64,000 nt of DNA. Source: Heptranchias perlo. Lineage: Eukaryota. The notes beneath the pieces were generated by a model that saw only the letters and a program-made list of their open reading frames with translations, made no database searches and was not told where the DNA came from. Positions 37,460 through 50,729 of this stretch are shown in pieces. The position numbers and the translations under genes are program-made. How positions within the stretch are numbered: the first letter of the stretch is position 1; each line of letters opens with the position of its first letter. The stretch is taken from NCBI RefSeq assembly GCF_035084215.1, contig NC_090326.1, positions 82,274,001-82,338,000 on the forward strand, given 5' to 3'.

Positions 37460-39265
37460 TTGTAACAAAAAGTGCAGCTGAGGTAATTGGGATGACGCAC
37501 TCGTTTTGCAGGCAAAAATGCCAAATTGGCATCGGGAATGCACGCACACACTTCGAGCGTAATGTGCGTTGGACGCTATCTTGGTAAAGGCATTTGCGCA
37601 CACGCAGGTAATGAACGCCGGCAGCATGTAAAGTAGGGAGAATATGCTGTCGATCAGTGTGCAACACTGATTTAAAGGGACAGATGCGATTTTCAAACTC
37701 AACACTCCAGCCAATGCGCTGTCTTAACCTCACACAGCTAAACAGGCCTCAAACAGCATGAAGGATACCCCACTGCCAGCGCTATTTAAAGGGATCATGC
37801 AGGAGTTACAGGTTAGTTGCTGTATTATTGCTTCTAGCTGTTCTATATTTGAATATTAGGACTAGGGGACATAACCTAAAAATTAGAGCCAGGACCAGCA
37901 GGAGTGAAGTTAGGAAATGCTTCTACACGCAAAGGGTGGGAGAAGTTTCAAACGCTCTTCTGCAAATGGCAGTTGATGCTAGCTCAATTGTTAATTTTAA
38001 ATCTGAGATTGATAGATTTTTGTTAACCAAAGGTATTAAGGGATATGGGGCTAAGGCGGGTATATGGAGTTAGGTCACAGGTCAACCGTGATCTCATTGA
38101 ATGGTGGAACAGGTTCGAAGTGCTAAATGGCCCACTGCTGTTGCTATCTTCCTATGTTCCTATAATAAAGTTTCAATACTCTACAGAGAGTGGGCTGGCT
38201 AGTTGACGGGCAACAGCAAGGGCACTGGCAGAGCGGCAGGAGTGGGACAGGAATGCCGTCATCCTGAGAGAGGACAGCAAGTTCATGTTCCCTGGAGCCA
38301 CTGCCACTTGCTGCCTCCTGTTATACACCGCCTTCTCCAGCACGAAAGCGGGACGTGTGTCAGTGAGTGTCCTGCAAGATGTTAGGGTGATGTGACTGTC
38401 ATGTTTGAATAGCTGCCAGTGTGTGTGACCTGTGAGTTGTGGATGTGCAGCCTGCAACAATGGTAATGTGTGAGGGTGAGAGGAAGCATCTGATTGGAAG
38501 AGTTGAGTTATGATTGAAAGAGTTTGCTGGTATGTGGGTGATGGGGGGTGTAACGCATGGTGCTAGTGGTGCAGTTGGTAGGAGATGCTACTTGACAGTT
38601 GACCTCACTCACCTTGACCACTCATGTCAAAGCATTGAACTTCTTCCTGCACTGCATCCATGTTCGTGGTGCTATATGCCTAGCATTGACTTCGTCCCCT
38701 ACTGCCTCGGGAGCATATGTCTGGAAGGCCTCTTGCCCCCCTCTGCAGATATAGGATGCCCCTCCTTCTGTCCACCTCTTGCACCAAGGCCTCGAATGCA
38801 TCATCAGAGATGATGGTGCAGGCTCTCTCGTAGGCCTGGTACAAACTCAGATCGGCAGATTTGGTGAGGTCTGGCATACAGATTGGAAGATGCAGGATTT
38901 AGTAATGCGCAACCTTTAGTCAATGTTTTAACAGAACTCAACAGTTTGTAAACATAGGGACGGGACCTGCATCTGTGTTTTACGTGTGCGATGTCTGATC
39001 TCCGTTCAGACTCCATGCGAACCTATATCTTACATTTTTCAAATAAGAGATGCAGGCTGCCTTTAAGTGGTGCGAGCCGCTCGCGATATCTGAGCCCCCT
39101 GTTGGTGATCAGCCACTCAACAGCGTTGGCTACATGCTGCAATCAGGTAAATCATCAGGCAGCTCGAATGTGAAGTCCTGCCTGCATTTCAATGACCGGG
39201 CCCAGGGTTAATCGCGCACCGTGACCCCTGTGCCCGGTTTTGGGGGTTATCCGATATAACCCCCA
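37460..39265 (-). mobile_element. Internally deleted Harbinger derivative with Myb/SANT pseudogene
   Basis: SDDAFEALVQEVDRRRGILY and PRTWMQCRKKFNALT followed by a gtgag donor (~38610). Right end gatataaccccc. Confidence 0.7.
37855..38162 (+). mobile_element. CR1 3' fragment nested in Harbinger derivative
   Basis: TRGHNLKIRAR...FYTQRV and tail cctatgttccta. Same subfamily as the 59.5 kb tail. Confidence 0.85.
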
Positions 39266-40317
39266 CTGAGTCTGCTAGTGGCAATAAGTTGCAATATTTC
39301 ACAGTCAGGTGGCTTTTTCTTGGCTCCTAAAGACAAGGGTCAACAATGGGAAATTAAACTCTCTTCCACCTTGGGCACTCAGCATCTGCATTAAGCATTC
39401 TCCTAACAAAAAGAAAGGAAGAACTTGCATTTTTTAAATCTTTTTTTCCTAGCAGGTGGAACATAGTCAGCTGCAGAGTCGAGCTCCCTTTACATTGTTC
39501 AATAATATCCCCTAATTGCAACCTCAGAACAGCACCAGTATCAATATTTCCATTTTGATACCAACCATTCTTGTGGCCCCGCTGTGTGAGATTGCCAACA
39601 ATTAATGTCAGATTATGGATAGTTTTGTGCTGTGGGTTCACTGAGAATTGGGTTGAGACTACCCAAACATATTTTACATAGAACTACTACAACCAGCATA
39701 ACAGGACTATCAACTTATCATTCTGTACTTGATTCAATCCCAGACCCCTGATGTGAAAGACAGTGTCCAAACTGACTACATCACCCACTCCATGGGGCCG
39801 ATTTTCGGATGGCGGAGCGGGTGCGTTGGGGGCGGGGAGCTCCTAAAATTGTATAAATCCGGAGCGGGTTCGGAGCCCGCTGACTTCCGAGTCCCCAGTG
39901 ACGCATTCGGGTGCTCGCGCACCTCCCGAATGCGGGACTCCCACCGGCAATTAAAGCCGGCGGGATAATAATTTACATACCTTGACAGATAGTTAAGGTA
40001 CTTGACAGACCTCATTGAGTAGACATTTTGGCAGGGGTGCAATTTTGAAGGACCCTCAGCGTGTTTCCCGTGCTGTGGGAAACACTCCCTGTTCTAACAG
40101 ACGTGTTTCAGCCAGCAGCCAGTGGGAGATACAAAGGATTATTTGACAGGTGGGGAGAAAACCTCATTTATTTCAGCAGGGCACTCTGTCACTTCAGACA
40201 ACGTTTTGGCTGCAAGACCTTTGTCTTTTCACTCAAAATTCTTACTTACCACCCAAAACTCTGCTGTGCAAACATATTTACCTACTTTGCGGACCCCCTC
40301 AAACTCACACCGTCAGG

Positions 40318-41511
40318 ATGGGGGACACCATGGCTGCCTTCATCACTTCATCCGAGGACGAGCATCATCTCCAGCCTCGCCAGGCACGCATCCACCTCCG
40401 CCATGTGGAGCTCCACAACACAGTGCTGCTTCACAGGCACCTGCACAAGAGCACGGAGGGCAACAACAAAGAGAGCGAAGTCGCAGGAGGCACTACCCTC
40501 GCAACAGGGTCTACAGACTGAGGCTCAGCTTCCTGGACCTCTCTGAGCAGCAGTGCATTTGGAGACTCAGAGTCAGTCGCCAGGAAGTCACAGACATCTG
40601 CAGCCTCCTTCATGCCGAGCTGCTCCCGGCTGGGCAGCGCAGAATCTCCTTACCTGTCGCTGTGAAAGTCACCACTGCCCTCAACTTCTTCGCCTCCAGA
40701 TCATTCCAGGGTGCCACCGGGGACATCGCCGGGGTGTCTCAGTCATCTGCACACAAGTGCAGAAGGCAGGTCACCGACGGCTTGTTTTGCAGGGCCTCGC
40801 ACTACGTCAAATTCCCCATGGATGACCTCAGCCACTCAGAGAGGGCAGTGAGATTCCACGCTATAGTTGGCTTGCCACGGGTGCAGGGTGTAATCAATTG
40901 CACCCATATAGCAATACGAGCACCTCTACACGAGCCAGGACTGTTCATCAACAGGAAGGGCTATCACTCCATCAGCGCTCAGCTCATTTGTGACCAATGC
41001 AAGAGATTCCTTCACATGTGCGCCAGATACCCTGGCAGCTGCCACGATTCCTTCATCCTCCAGGAGTCCAACATCCTGCCCCTCTTCCACGCACCGAACA
41101 CCCGCAAGGGCTGGCTCCTCGGGGACAAGGGCTATCCCCTGCACACGTGGCTCATGACACCTCTGAGGAAACCCACCACCGATCAACAGCGTCAATACAA
41201 CGACAGCCCCATCGCTACCAGGTCTACAATTGAGCATGCTATAGGGCTGCTCAAGGTGCACTTCAGGTGCTTTGAACATTCTGGGGGAGTGCTTCAATAC
41301 GCGCCACACAGAGTGGGACGCATTATAGTCGTGTGTTATGCCCTGCACAACATGGCACAAGAGAGGGGTGCCGCTTATGGAGGCCCCATCCACATCTGCC
41401 ACCCATATTGAAGAGAAGGCGGAGGAGGAGGAACAACCCATGGGCAGAACAGCGGCTCACCTGGCTGCTTGTGAGGCCAGAGAGTCACTGATGTGTGAAC
41501 GGTTCTCCTAA
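40318..41511 (+). pseudogene. Harbinger (HARBI1-like, DDE_Tnp_4) transposase, disabled
   Basis: GVINCTH (first catalytic D to N at 40896-40898), NRKGYHS, PGSCHDS, LLGDKGYPL, RSTIEHAIGLLK. Frameshifts near both termini. Confidence 0.88.
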
Positions 41512-41569
41512 CATCAGACAGTGTGAAGAGTCCAGTCCTCACCACCTGGATAGAGCAGCAGCCACAGAC

Positions 41570-42884
41570 TATCTCAGCGATGCCCTCGCATCCCTGTGAC
41601 AGTATCTCAGAGTTGCCCTCCCTTACCTGTGCCACCATTCCACTCATGCAGGAGTTGGACTCCTCCATCCTCTGCGCGATTGTGGAGAGTGCGCGTGGCA
41701 CCTGTTCCAGCACCTCCCAAATGTGCTGCTGCCCCTCGATCATTCTCCTTTTAAAAGATGGTCCCCAGGGTTCAGCATCTGTGTCCAGCTGAGCAGAGCC
41801 TGGAGAAGAGTGCTCCCACCAATGCGAATTCTCCAGAGCTGCCCCTGCCACCAGTGTCTGCTCGTGCTCACATCTGTGGTAACTCACCATGTGCGACCCC
41901 AACTAACTGAGGATGGGGACCCACCGAGGTTTGTATATCAGCGCTGGTGGATGGCTCAGTCAGATGTGACGGTGCACCCTCAGAGGCTGGCAGGTCCTCT
42001 GAGGAGTCGCCTTCCACCATCACAGCGGTTGCTGAAGGCCCTGTAAGAGAACAGAAGGCATGATGACAGATGTTGAAATGCTGAAGATGGCAAGGCATGT
42101 TAACATCAATTGATAGTGTGTGTGCTAAATGTTAAAGTTCTGTCACCAGACGTTTGTTGGGTGCCAGTCTCGGTGACCCCAATGGATAGGCACTCGAGGG
42201 TGCGGCTCAGCTCCAGCGCCTCCTGCTCCGCGTCTGTGAGGATGACTAGCTGTTGTGGCCCCTCTCCGGTCCTTGCCCTCTCCCATGCATTCTGGGCTCT
42301 CTTCTCCTATAAGGGGAGAAAATAGAGAGGCGTGAGTGAGTGATGGTGACATGGCCAACCGCTGAATGCATTGGTTTGGGTGCAGCTGACCATGATAGAG
42401 ATGCATCAGAGGGTGAGTATGCGACAGAGCCATGAGGTTGTATGAGGATTGGGTTGAGTGGTAGTGGTGGGATGAGTACTGGGGAGGTGAAGAAGTGGTG
42501 AGGAAGTGCAGGTAAGTTGAGGATGAGCTTTGAGTGGGTGCGAAGAGTGATCTGATAGAGTAATGTTGGCAGTGCAGAATGAGTTGGGGGGTGGGCGCGG
42601 TGATGTGGAAGATGGAATCTAGGAGAATGAGTAAGTGTACTCACTTTGGCTGACCTGGTTAGGTCATTGAAGCGCTTCCTGCACTGGATCCAGGTGCGGG
42701 AGATGTTGCTGCTGCTGGTAACCTCCTCTGCCACCTCGAGCCAGGCATTCTTGGTGGCAGAGACAGGCCACTTCCTCCCGTCTGCCGGGTAAAAGACATC
42801 CCTCCTCCTCCTCACTCCATCCAGTAGCACCTGGAGTGAGGCATCATTGAATCTTGGAGTAGACTTTCCCCTGGGCTGCTCCAT
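41570..42884 (-). pseudogene. Harbinger Myb/SANT-like DNA-binding gene, spliced (exons 42645-42884, 42147-42306, 42040 down to ~41570)
   Basis: MEQPRGKSTPRFNDASLQVLLDGV...AWLEVA...RTWIQCRKRFNDL, then EKRAQN...RTGEGP. GT-AG introns are phase-consistent. Exon 3 is frameshifted and truncated. Confidence 0.85.
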
Positions 42885-43286
42885 TGTGTTATTTGGGTGT
42901 TTGCTCCAGGAGCAGCCATTGGAGGACTGCCCCTTTAAATAGAGCTCCTCCAGCTGACAGCCTGTGATGCGGTTGCGGAGTACGCCCACTGTGCACGTTT
43001 CCGACAGCAAACCCGGAAGCCATATTAAGTGGCTTCAATTTACCAGTGATCGTGTGGGGAACGGACGGATTTTACTGGGCGGATTACCCATGCGCCCAAT
43101 CGCGCGCCCCGCTGCCATCCCGCCTCCCCGCTAATATCGGGGCCCATATGTGAGCCATATTTGACATTTAAATGGATGCACTACAATATTATTCTGGCAG
43201 AATTTAAAAATGAATTATCAATGAGTAATATGCAAAGGCAAGTGTGAGCATTAAATTCACCACAACAGAATCTTTATCCCATATTA

Positions 43287-43512
43287 GAGTCATAGAAGTT
43301 TACAACATGGAAACAGGCCCTTCGGCCCAACATGTCCATGTCGCCCAGTTTATATCACTAAGCTAGTCCCAATTGCCTGCACTTGGCCCATATCCCTCTA
43401 TACCCATCTTACCCATGTAACTGTCCAAATGCTTTTTAAAAGACAAAATTGTACCTGCCTCTACTACTGCCTCTGGCAGCTCGTTCCAGACACTCACCAC
43501 CCTTTGAGTGAG
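43287..43512 (-). mobile_element. CR1-type 3' end (LINE or CR1-tailed SINE)
   Basis: catagaa...acaggcccttcggccca hairpin and ggcagctcgttccag...caccac. Confidence 0.7.
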
Positions 43513-46106
43513 AGGCATTGCATGATTTACTGAAAGAGCAAAATTATTTTTTTTTGTTTAATTTTAATTAAACCTGCAGGACTTTTCTTTGATGAAGTTA
43601 AGGCCTGGTGTGTTTTTTTAAAATTTTATTATTTGTGTTTCAGAGTACTACACCCTCAGACTATTGGTCTCAATGGCCTCTTCACATGCTCATTTTCAAG
43701 TTCAGAGACAGGCATATAGTGGATCTATTGCATCTGTTCTTGCATAACATGTCATAAGGGAAATGGAGTCAGCCATCAAGACGGGTAGTAACGCACAGCT
43801 GCAGCTTCCCCATCCCATGACACACTCATTTTCAAAGTGGTAGGCCATTGGCATGGGGGTGGGGAAGCAATGCTCTGTGGATTTCCTTCTTTCAAATTGG
43901 CTACATCTTTGTAAGTTTTTAAAAAATTCCTATGATAGTGATTCTACTACTAATGAGTCAGTCTTGGATCTCGGAAAGACACCTTTCTGAGCTAAATGTC
44001 TCAGTAAGGAAATCACTGTCAGAATACAATGTGACGAAATTAGTTCATGTCAAAATTAATTCTAATGATCCAGTCACTAGTCAAAGAGGTCCAATGTTAT
44101 TTTCCTGCCAATTTTACCATCCTGTAGCTTTTAGGTACAATTTCGGTGAATTGCCCCAATTGATACAAGTCAACTGGTATTCTCTGATGTATGCTAGTAT
44201 AATCCAGGGCATCAGGAAAGAAACCATCTTATATAAAATCATATCCTGTTTGCAAACATCATATTCCCTCAGCTACCAGCTAATCTAGATGTATTAACCC
44301 TAGCCAACCTAAGAGCCCATTTCTCATCCAGTGTCATGGGCACGGCCCTTTTATATTTTTATGACCCTGTCAAAAAATAATATTTGCTGCCATTGGTGAT
44401 GATTTGAATTGCCTCCTCTGAGCCGTGCAAACGGAGAAAAGGGTCTGTTATCAATTTTGTTAAGCGTGCCTAGAGAATTGTGGATTGTTTCAGGTCCAAG
44501 TTATAAGTGACAACAAACGCAGCAAAGCCTTTTGAAGCAGAGCAGCTGATGACGGTATCATCATAAAATCCGGCTTGTTCCTTTTTGCGGCTTTTTTTGC
44601 ACCCATCAAGGAGATTGAAGGCTATAATTATTCAAAAGAATTGATACTTTTATAGTTAGGATCAGCTAAAATGCAAACTGAAGCTCAGTTGTTTGTCCCT
44701 TTACTCCTGTGTACAACAATGTATTCCTGTTAAAATAGATCTATACATTCATGGAATCTTTTTATTCCACAAATATATCAAATAAAAACCATAAGTAACA
44801 AGGAAAAGCCTGAAAATATGGAAATATGAAATAGAAACAGAAAATAATAAAAATATTCAGCAGGTCCATCAGCTCCTGACAAAGAACCTCTACCTGTCTC
44901 TTTTTTCAGGTGCTGAGAGACTCACTCTGTATTTCCAATACATTCTGGATTTACTCGCATGTTATAGTATTTTTTTAAAGACTTATTTCAAAAATGAGTG
45001 TATCAGTGGCAAAAATGTTTAGTGTTCTAACCCCGTTTTCAAAGACACACTTGATCAAATTGCCTTGCGTCTGTAAAGGCTTTAAGCATTTGAATGTATT
45101 TTCTCCTTTGAATGATGCAACAGGCTCTGTTTCAGTACAGCTTGCAGCCTCTAATCTAGAAATTAGGACAGTTACAATTTCCTCCACAAATATTCAGGCC
45201 AGCAACTAGTAGGACTCAAAGCCACAGGCATTGGCATGAGTTGAAGTAGTCGTAAATTACTAGTGTAGTGGCAATTGCGAATCATTCCAGCCACAGAGCG
45301 ATTAAGGAGGCTTGCAGCAATTACTGCTGCACATTATTCATGTTAATATGTGTTGTTTGCAACATCACTAACTGATGGTTTTCCCATTCATTTTTATATA
45401 TATTTTCTGGTATCTCCCATCTCCACACAGGACAGTAATTACACAAGACGTGCTTGTGGGCTTATATCATTTCCTGCAGCATGTCCTGCTCCAACTTACC
45501 ATAGCATACTTTATTATCCTTATTAATTTTTGTTTTTTTGTGGGGGGGAGTCTAGAAGTCAAAATTAAAATTCCAGAAGAGTTTTATTATATCTTTTACT
45601 TCAGGATGAGTCACTAAGAGCTTTCTTTTATTGCTGTTGTAAGATATATCACAAGATAAATATTTCCACTAGTTTGTAAATCATCAGTGCAATGACTGCT
45701 ACTTCCTGTTTAGTGAACGGTGAGGTCAGCCCTCCAGTCCTATTAAAATGGGGAAAAAGTCTAGGAAAGCGCTACTTTACGACATGTTTTTGAGTTAATG
45801 TTGCATCACTAGGGCCAGGGGCTTCCTTAAAATTTAATGTAGGAGGATATTTGAAAACAGTAGAAGAGCCAGCACAAAGTGTCACACAGAGGGTGCACAA
45901 GAGATGTATTTTCCATCTGGGGTTAAATATTCGAGAACATTGTTTCAGTGACTCACTAAGAAACCAGTGTTTTGCTTGAGAATAGTTGGGGGAATTCTCC
46001 AGCTGTCAGACTTTAATGAAAGCCTGACTAAGACTTAATACAGTGCACAGAATTTTTTTTAAAAACCCTAACATGCAGAATGAACAGTAACAAAAGTTAT
46101 ACTTAC

Positions 46107-46156
46107 TCCAAGACCCCCACAAGGGAGAGCAGTAAAGAAATTTTGGGTGACAGATC
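46107..46156 (-). CDS. HDAC9: HDAC9 exon (G/SVTQNFFTALPCGGLG)
   Basis: Acceptor cacctag, donor gtaagt, 50 nt, phase 1 to 0. LPCGG motif carries the fourth structural-zinc ligand. Confidence 0.95.
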
Positions 46157-46999
46157 CTAGGTGAGGAAGGAAAAGAATAAGGAGAGAGTTAATTATTGCT
46201 GGTTCAGTTTTGCATTCTTTAAATTTTAGAAGCCAAGTTCCATGTCATAAACAGAAGAAACTTGGTGGAAGAGCACGGAGTACAGAAAACATTCAAGTCT
46301 GTCTAACCTCACGATGTTCATTTCAAGGTTGAGTTATTATGGAATATTTTCTGTTCATTTCACAGATGCCCATTACACATTTGTTTATATCATAAGATCA
46401 GCACACCTTTGAGATTTAAAATTAAAGTTTTCACTCTAAATTTCTCCCTTCCTCACCTGAAGATGCTGACTTATGGTATCTTAGGTCTGGACTTTCCTCT
46501 TTTTAGCGGGGTAGTTGTGAGGCGCAACTTCTGTCTGTCGCTTTGGACCTATTTAGGTGTTTAAAGGCTCCCGGAAGGATCTCTGCCACCAAGGTGCAGC
46601 CCACGACAGCAAGTCCTTTGGCACCTGAAGAAGTGGAGAGGATTCAAAGGGGGCAGAAGAGTCCCAAAGAGGAGGACTAGAATTTTTTTTAGGCTCCGGC
46701 CTAGCCTGAGGTCTAAAATGTGGGTGTTGGGGCCTATAAAGAGGGAGCGAAGGCTATTACTAGGCTCTGTCTCTGCAAATAGCGACTTAGAAGGCTCACC
46801 ACTGCTAATCCAGGGACTACCATCACCCTTCTTTAGGTGATTCTGACAATAGCAGGAGTAGGGAAAGAGAGGTCAGGGCAGGAACATGGTGGTCTGCCTC
46901 AATGTCCAATTTTGCCTAATTTAACAATCACTGTCCCACTGAGTGTGAGTGGGATAATGGAGGAAAATTCAGTGATACAGTCCGATGGAGTCAGTGGTC

Positions 47000-47322
47000 C
47001 TCCAGTATGACATGAATGAGATTAGACAGAAAGTGTTAGCAGGTGGCTCGACATAGATTACCACAGTCACACCTGATCTTGTTCTCACCTGACATCCACG
47101 CACATCTCCTTTCAGCAGGGATCACTGGTTGATAATCAGAAGCTGGAAACCTGGATGATTTGTTTCTGCTCTTCCTAGCCTAGGGGACTGATGTCCATGT
47201 ACTACTGCCCCATCTAAGATCAGCTAAATCAGGACTGACTAGCAATCGAATCTGGGGCCTTCTTCATCAGTATGACTGAGTTCCACACAGTTCAATGCAT
47301 GTACCAACCAAGCTATTGGGGA
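47000..47322 (-). mobile_element. Decayed tRNA-derived SINE (family of 62617-62950)
   Basis: Head gaaggccccagattcgat...ttagctgatct on the minus strand. Confidence 0.5.
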
Positions 47323-47505
47323 ATTTGTGTTTCACTCATGGACATTTTTTTTTGTTTTTCGGTTTACTACGTTGTGTTGATAGACTTCAAGCAGCCCTGC
47401 ACACCATTATAATCAGTAGGTTCTCAGGAGATTTTCAGGGCATAAAATTTATGTACATCTGAACATATCAATTATTATTAACATTTTTATTATGTAACAG
47501 TCCTA

Positions 47506-47673
47506 GGGGGTAATTTTATCTTTCGGCGATATCAGATTGGCCGCCCATTATACACCAGCCTGATTTTCCTTTCCGTTGAAGTCAACTGACAGGAAAATCG
47601 GGTCAAGCTGTTTAATGGGTGGCTGATCCAATATCGCCCGTTTACACCATCACCAAAAGTTAAAATTATCCCC
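47506..47673. mobile_element. Palindromic MITE (Harbinger-type ends)
   Basis: gggggtaatttta / taaaattatcccc, internal symmetry around ttgaagtcaa. Confidence 0.7.
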
Positions 47674-47677
47674 ATAG

Positions 47678-48393
47678 ATCTGGGGGTATATGTGCACAAA
47701 TTGTTGAAGGTGGTAGGGCAGGTTGTGAAAGCGCTTAAAAAAGCATATGGGATCCTGGGCTTTATAAAGAGAGGCATAGAGTACAAACGCAAGGAAGTCA
47801 TGATCAATCTTTATAAAACACTGGTTCAGCCACAACTGGAGTATTGCGTCCAGTTTTGGGCACCGCACTTTAGGAAGGATGTGAAGGCCTTAGAGAGGGC
47901 GCAGAAGAGATTTATTAGAATGATTCCAGGGATGAGGGACTTCAGTTACGTGGATAGACTGGAGAAGCTGGGGTTGTTTTCCTTGGAACAGAGAAGGTTG
48001 AGAGGAGATTTGATAGAGGTATTCAAAATCATGAAGGGTCTGGACAGAGTAGATAGAGAGAAACTGTTCCCATTGGCGGAAGGGTCAAGAACCAGAGGAC
48101 ATAGATATAAAGTGATTGGCAAAAGAACCAAAGTGACATGAGGAAAAACGTTTTCACACAGCGAGTGGTTAGGATCTGGAATGCACTGCCAGAGGGGGTG
48201 GTGGAGGCAGATTCAATCATGGCTTTCAAAAGGGAACTGGATAAGTAGTTGAAAGGAAAAAAATTGCAGGGCTACGGGGATAGGGCGGGCGATTGGGACT
48301 AGCATAGTTCTTGTATAAAGCCGGCATGGACTCGATGGGCTGAATGGCCTCCTTCCATGCTGTAATCTTTCTATGATTCTATGATTCTATGAT
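47678..48393 (+). mobile_element. CR1 LINE 3' fragment
   Basis: KAYGILGFIKRGIEYK...PQLEYCVQFWAPHFRKD and (ttctatga)3 tail. Confidence 0.9.
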
Positions 48394-49202
48394 TTTGGAA
48401 GTCAAGTTTTATGTCACTTAATTTAACATATTATTGATTTACCTAATCTTTTTCCCACACTTTTCAATCTCAGTGGTTTCCTACACTATATGCTTGTGTC
48501 CTTCATGCAGGTTTCTCAATTAAAAAAAATAAGACATGCCTTTCTCATTTCTTATTGCTCAACAAAATCGCAAAAAAATGCTTTGCAGAAGAAATACGGT
48601 TCTTCAGAAGAAATGACAATCAAGTGTGTATGGAGATGTAACAGGAATTACATTAAATTGAATGGGTTTAATCTGTAACAGTGTTGACACCAACAAACTG
48701 AATAAAAATATTATATATATAAATGTATTCTAATACACTTATTTTAGTTTTCTTTTTATTTATTCTTGGAATTTGGACAATGCAGTCAAGGCAGCATTTG
48801 TTGTCCATCACTGGTTGCCCTAAGGGCATTAAGAGCTAACCACACAATATGGAACTGGAGTCCTGTGTAAGCCAAACCGGGTCAAGGTGGCAGGTTCCTT
48901 TCCCTGAAGGACATTAGTGAACCAGTTGGGTTTTCTCCATTTAACTAGATCTTCTCATGTCATGCATCATTCCATATTTCTTTTTCTTCAATCACTCTGC
49001 TCTTTGCATCTCCTGTCCCAACAAAGAGTGAGTAATCATTCTGGAAAGAATTACAAGTGCAATCACACATGCTCCCAGTCTGTAGTGAAATGCATTACGC
49101 AGCTGATGGAATACTTTGATTGCAGTATTATTACAGTGATTTGGTAACAATAAATAATGAAAATGCAATTATTTTAAGTGTAAATTTGCACAGGATATTT
49201 TA

Positions 49203-49814
49203 GGGCCAATATTAATCCGCTCTGCCCGGTGTAAATAGGGGCGATGTGACCCAAAAATGGCGGCGAGTCACTTACCGCCCCATTTTCATGGTGCTCTGGC
49301 CTCTGCCATCTTGGGTAGGATCCTGAGATGAGCGGCCCAAGTGTCCACTTGTTTCAGACAGGATGCCATCGGAGTTCTATGATGAATGCACCACCTATTG
49401 GATCCAGGCGTGGAGTGGCCTAACCAACGATCCCTAAAGGGACTGCTGGAGGCCTCTCAGAAAAGAGCCCAGGAAATGCTTTTTTTTTTGCGGGGGGGGA
49501 GGCAGGAGTCCTTGGCGCACAAATAAATTCCATTCCACTGCCGACTCGTCTGGTCCCCCTGCCGGGATCGTAACCCCCCGCCCCTCCCCTTCCCGTCCCA
49601 GGCTCTGACTGTCGACCGGCCGGCTTAGTGTAGGAGCTGGACAATTTCCCATCCTGTCACAACTGGCGAGCTGCAGCGGGGCACCTGCTTGACATCTGCA
49701 GCTCATCGGGCCTCAAAATGGCTGAGGCCTCATGGTAACAACAATAGGCAGGTGGTGGACGCACTCTGCCCGCCCACCACAAGCCCTTTATCCCCCTGAA
49801 GTTAAAATCACCCC
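49203..49814. mobile_element. Non-autonomous Harbinger-type TIR element
   Basis: gggccaatattaat / gttaaaatcacccc ends and GC-rich interior with shared motifs. Confidence 0.6.
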
Positions 49815-50222
49815 TTTTGTTTGTTTAAGCAAACAGAAATAAATAAGTTAAATGTGTTAATTCATGTCTGCCCTAAATCAGGCAGGAACCACTTCAGAAT
49901 CTAAAACTTGAATTCTTGAAATACAAGGGAATGAAATGTCAATATCAGCAAAAAAAGTCAACATATTGTTTGCTAAAGATGTCAGCAAGGGGATCTTCAC
50001 TCTTCAGGTTCTTTCTTAATAGGGTGCAATGTGTTTTGTTGAAACTTACACCTCCAGTCAAAATAGCTTCAGATAATAAAAGAATAATCCTAAAGGGTGA
50101 TAAATATGCTGGGAAAAGTGACAATTCGATACACTTCTTGCCGAGTGCCTTAAGCTGACACTAGTAATGACTGATGAATGCTGTGGAATGCGCTGCTGTC
50201 AGGAGAACAAGGCTCTACAAAC

Positions 50223-50343
50223 CTAGCAGCTTCCTTGTGTCCAGCTTTTGCCTGTTGAGGGGGTTGGTACCGAAGAGCAGTGAATGATATTCAGTGTGAA
50301 CCATCTGTATTTCCTCCAAAGTGGCTTTTCGACCTTGGATTCG
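50223..50343 (-). CDS. HDAC9: HDAC9 exon ([41 protein letters not shown])
   Basis: Acceptor ttcttcctttag, donor gtttgt, 121 nt, phase 0 to 1. Not in the ORF track. Confidence 0.95.
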
Positions 50344-50617
50344 CTAAAGGAAGAAAGCAGTAAAATGTAAACTCACTCACAGAAACCTGCATGATCTTAT
50401 TAATGATTGTTGCTCTTACCATGAACATCACTAAAGATACCTTGACCTACAAATTAATCTGAGATCCAAAAACATGTCTGCAAATTTGTAGTAAATGGCT
50501 TAGTTAACTTCTAATCACATTCTGACATATTACCAATCACAATACTGACATTGCATAAGATGTAAGAAATACCTTGGCTTCTTGTTTTTCACATGAGTGA
50601 CCAGACTGAATTCCACA

Positions 50618-50727
50618 CAGGATTGGGTGGAATGCTGGTTTTACATCCCGCCCAATATTACTCTCCATTGACTTCACTGTAGAGTAAAATCAGGCAGAGT
50701 GTAAAACCATTGTTCCACCCAATCCTG
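50618..50727. repeat. 110-bp imperfect palindrome (MITE core)
   Basis: caggattgggtggaa..ggttttaca..ttactct / agagtaa..tgtaaaacc..ttccacccaatcctg. Confidence 0.85.
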
Positions 50728-50729
50728 TT

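Larger units (their letters stand above)
39794..43144. mobile_element. PIF/Harbinger DNA transposon, near-complete (3351 bp)
   Basis: Imperfect TIRs GGGGCCGATTTT / AATATCGGGGCC, 3-bp TSD CAT (39791-39793, 43145-43147), and convergent transposase and Myb/SANT genes. Confidence 0.92.

Noticed and set aside
40122-41411. 429-aa ORF as a domesticated HARBI1 host gene
   Set aside because: It lies between TIRs with a TSD, has terminal frameshifts and a lost catalytic Asp, so it is a transposon copy.
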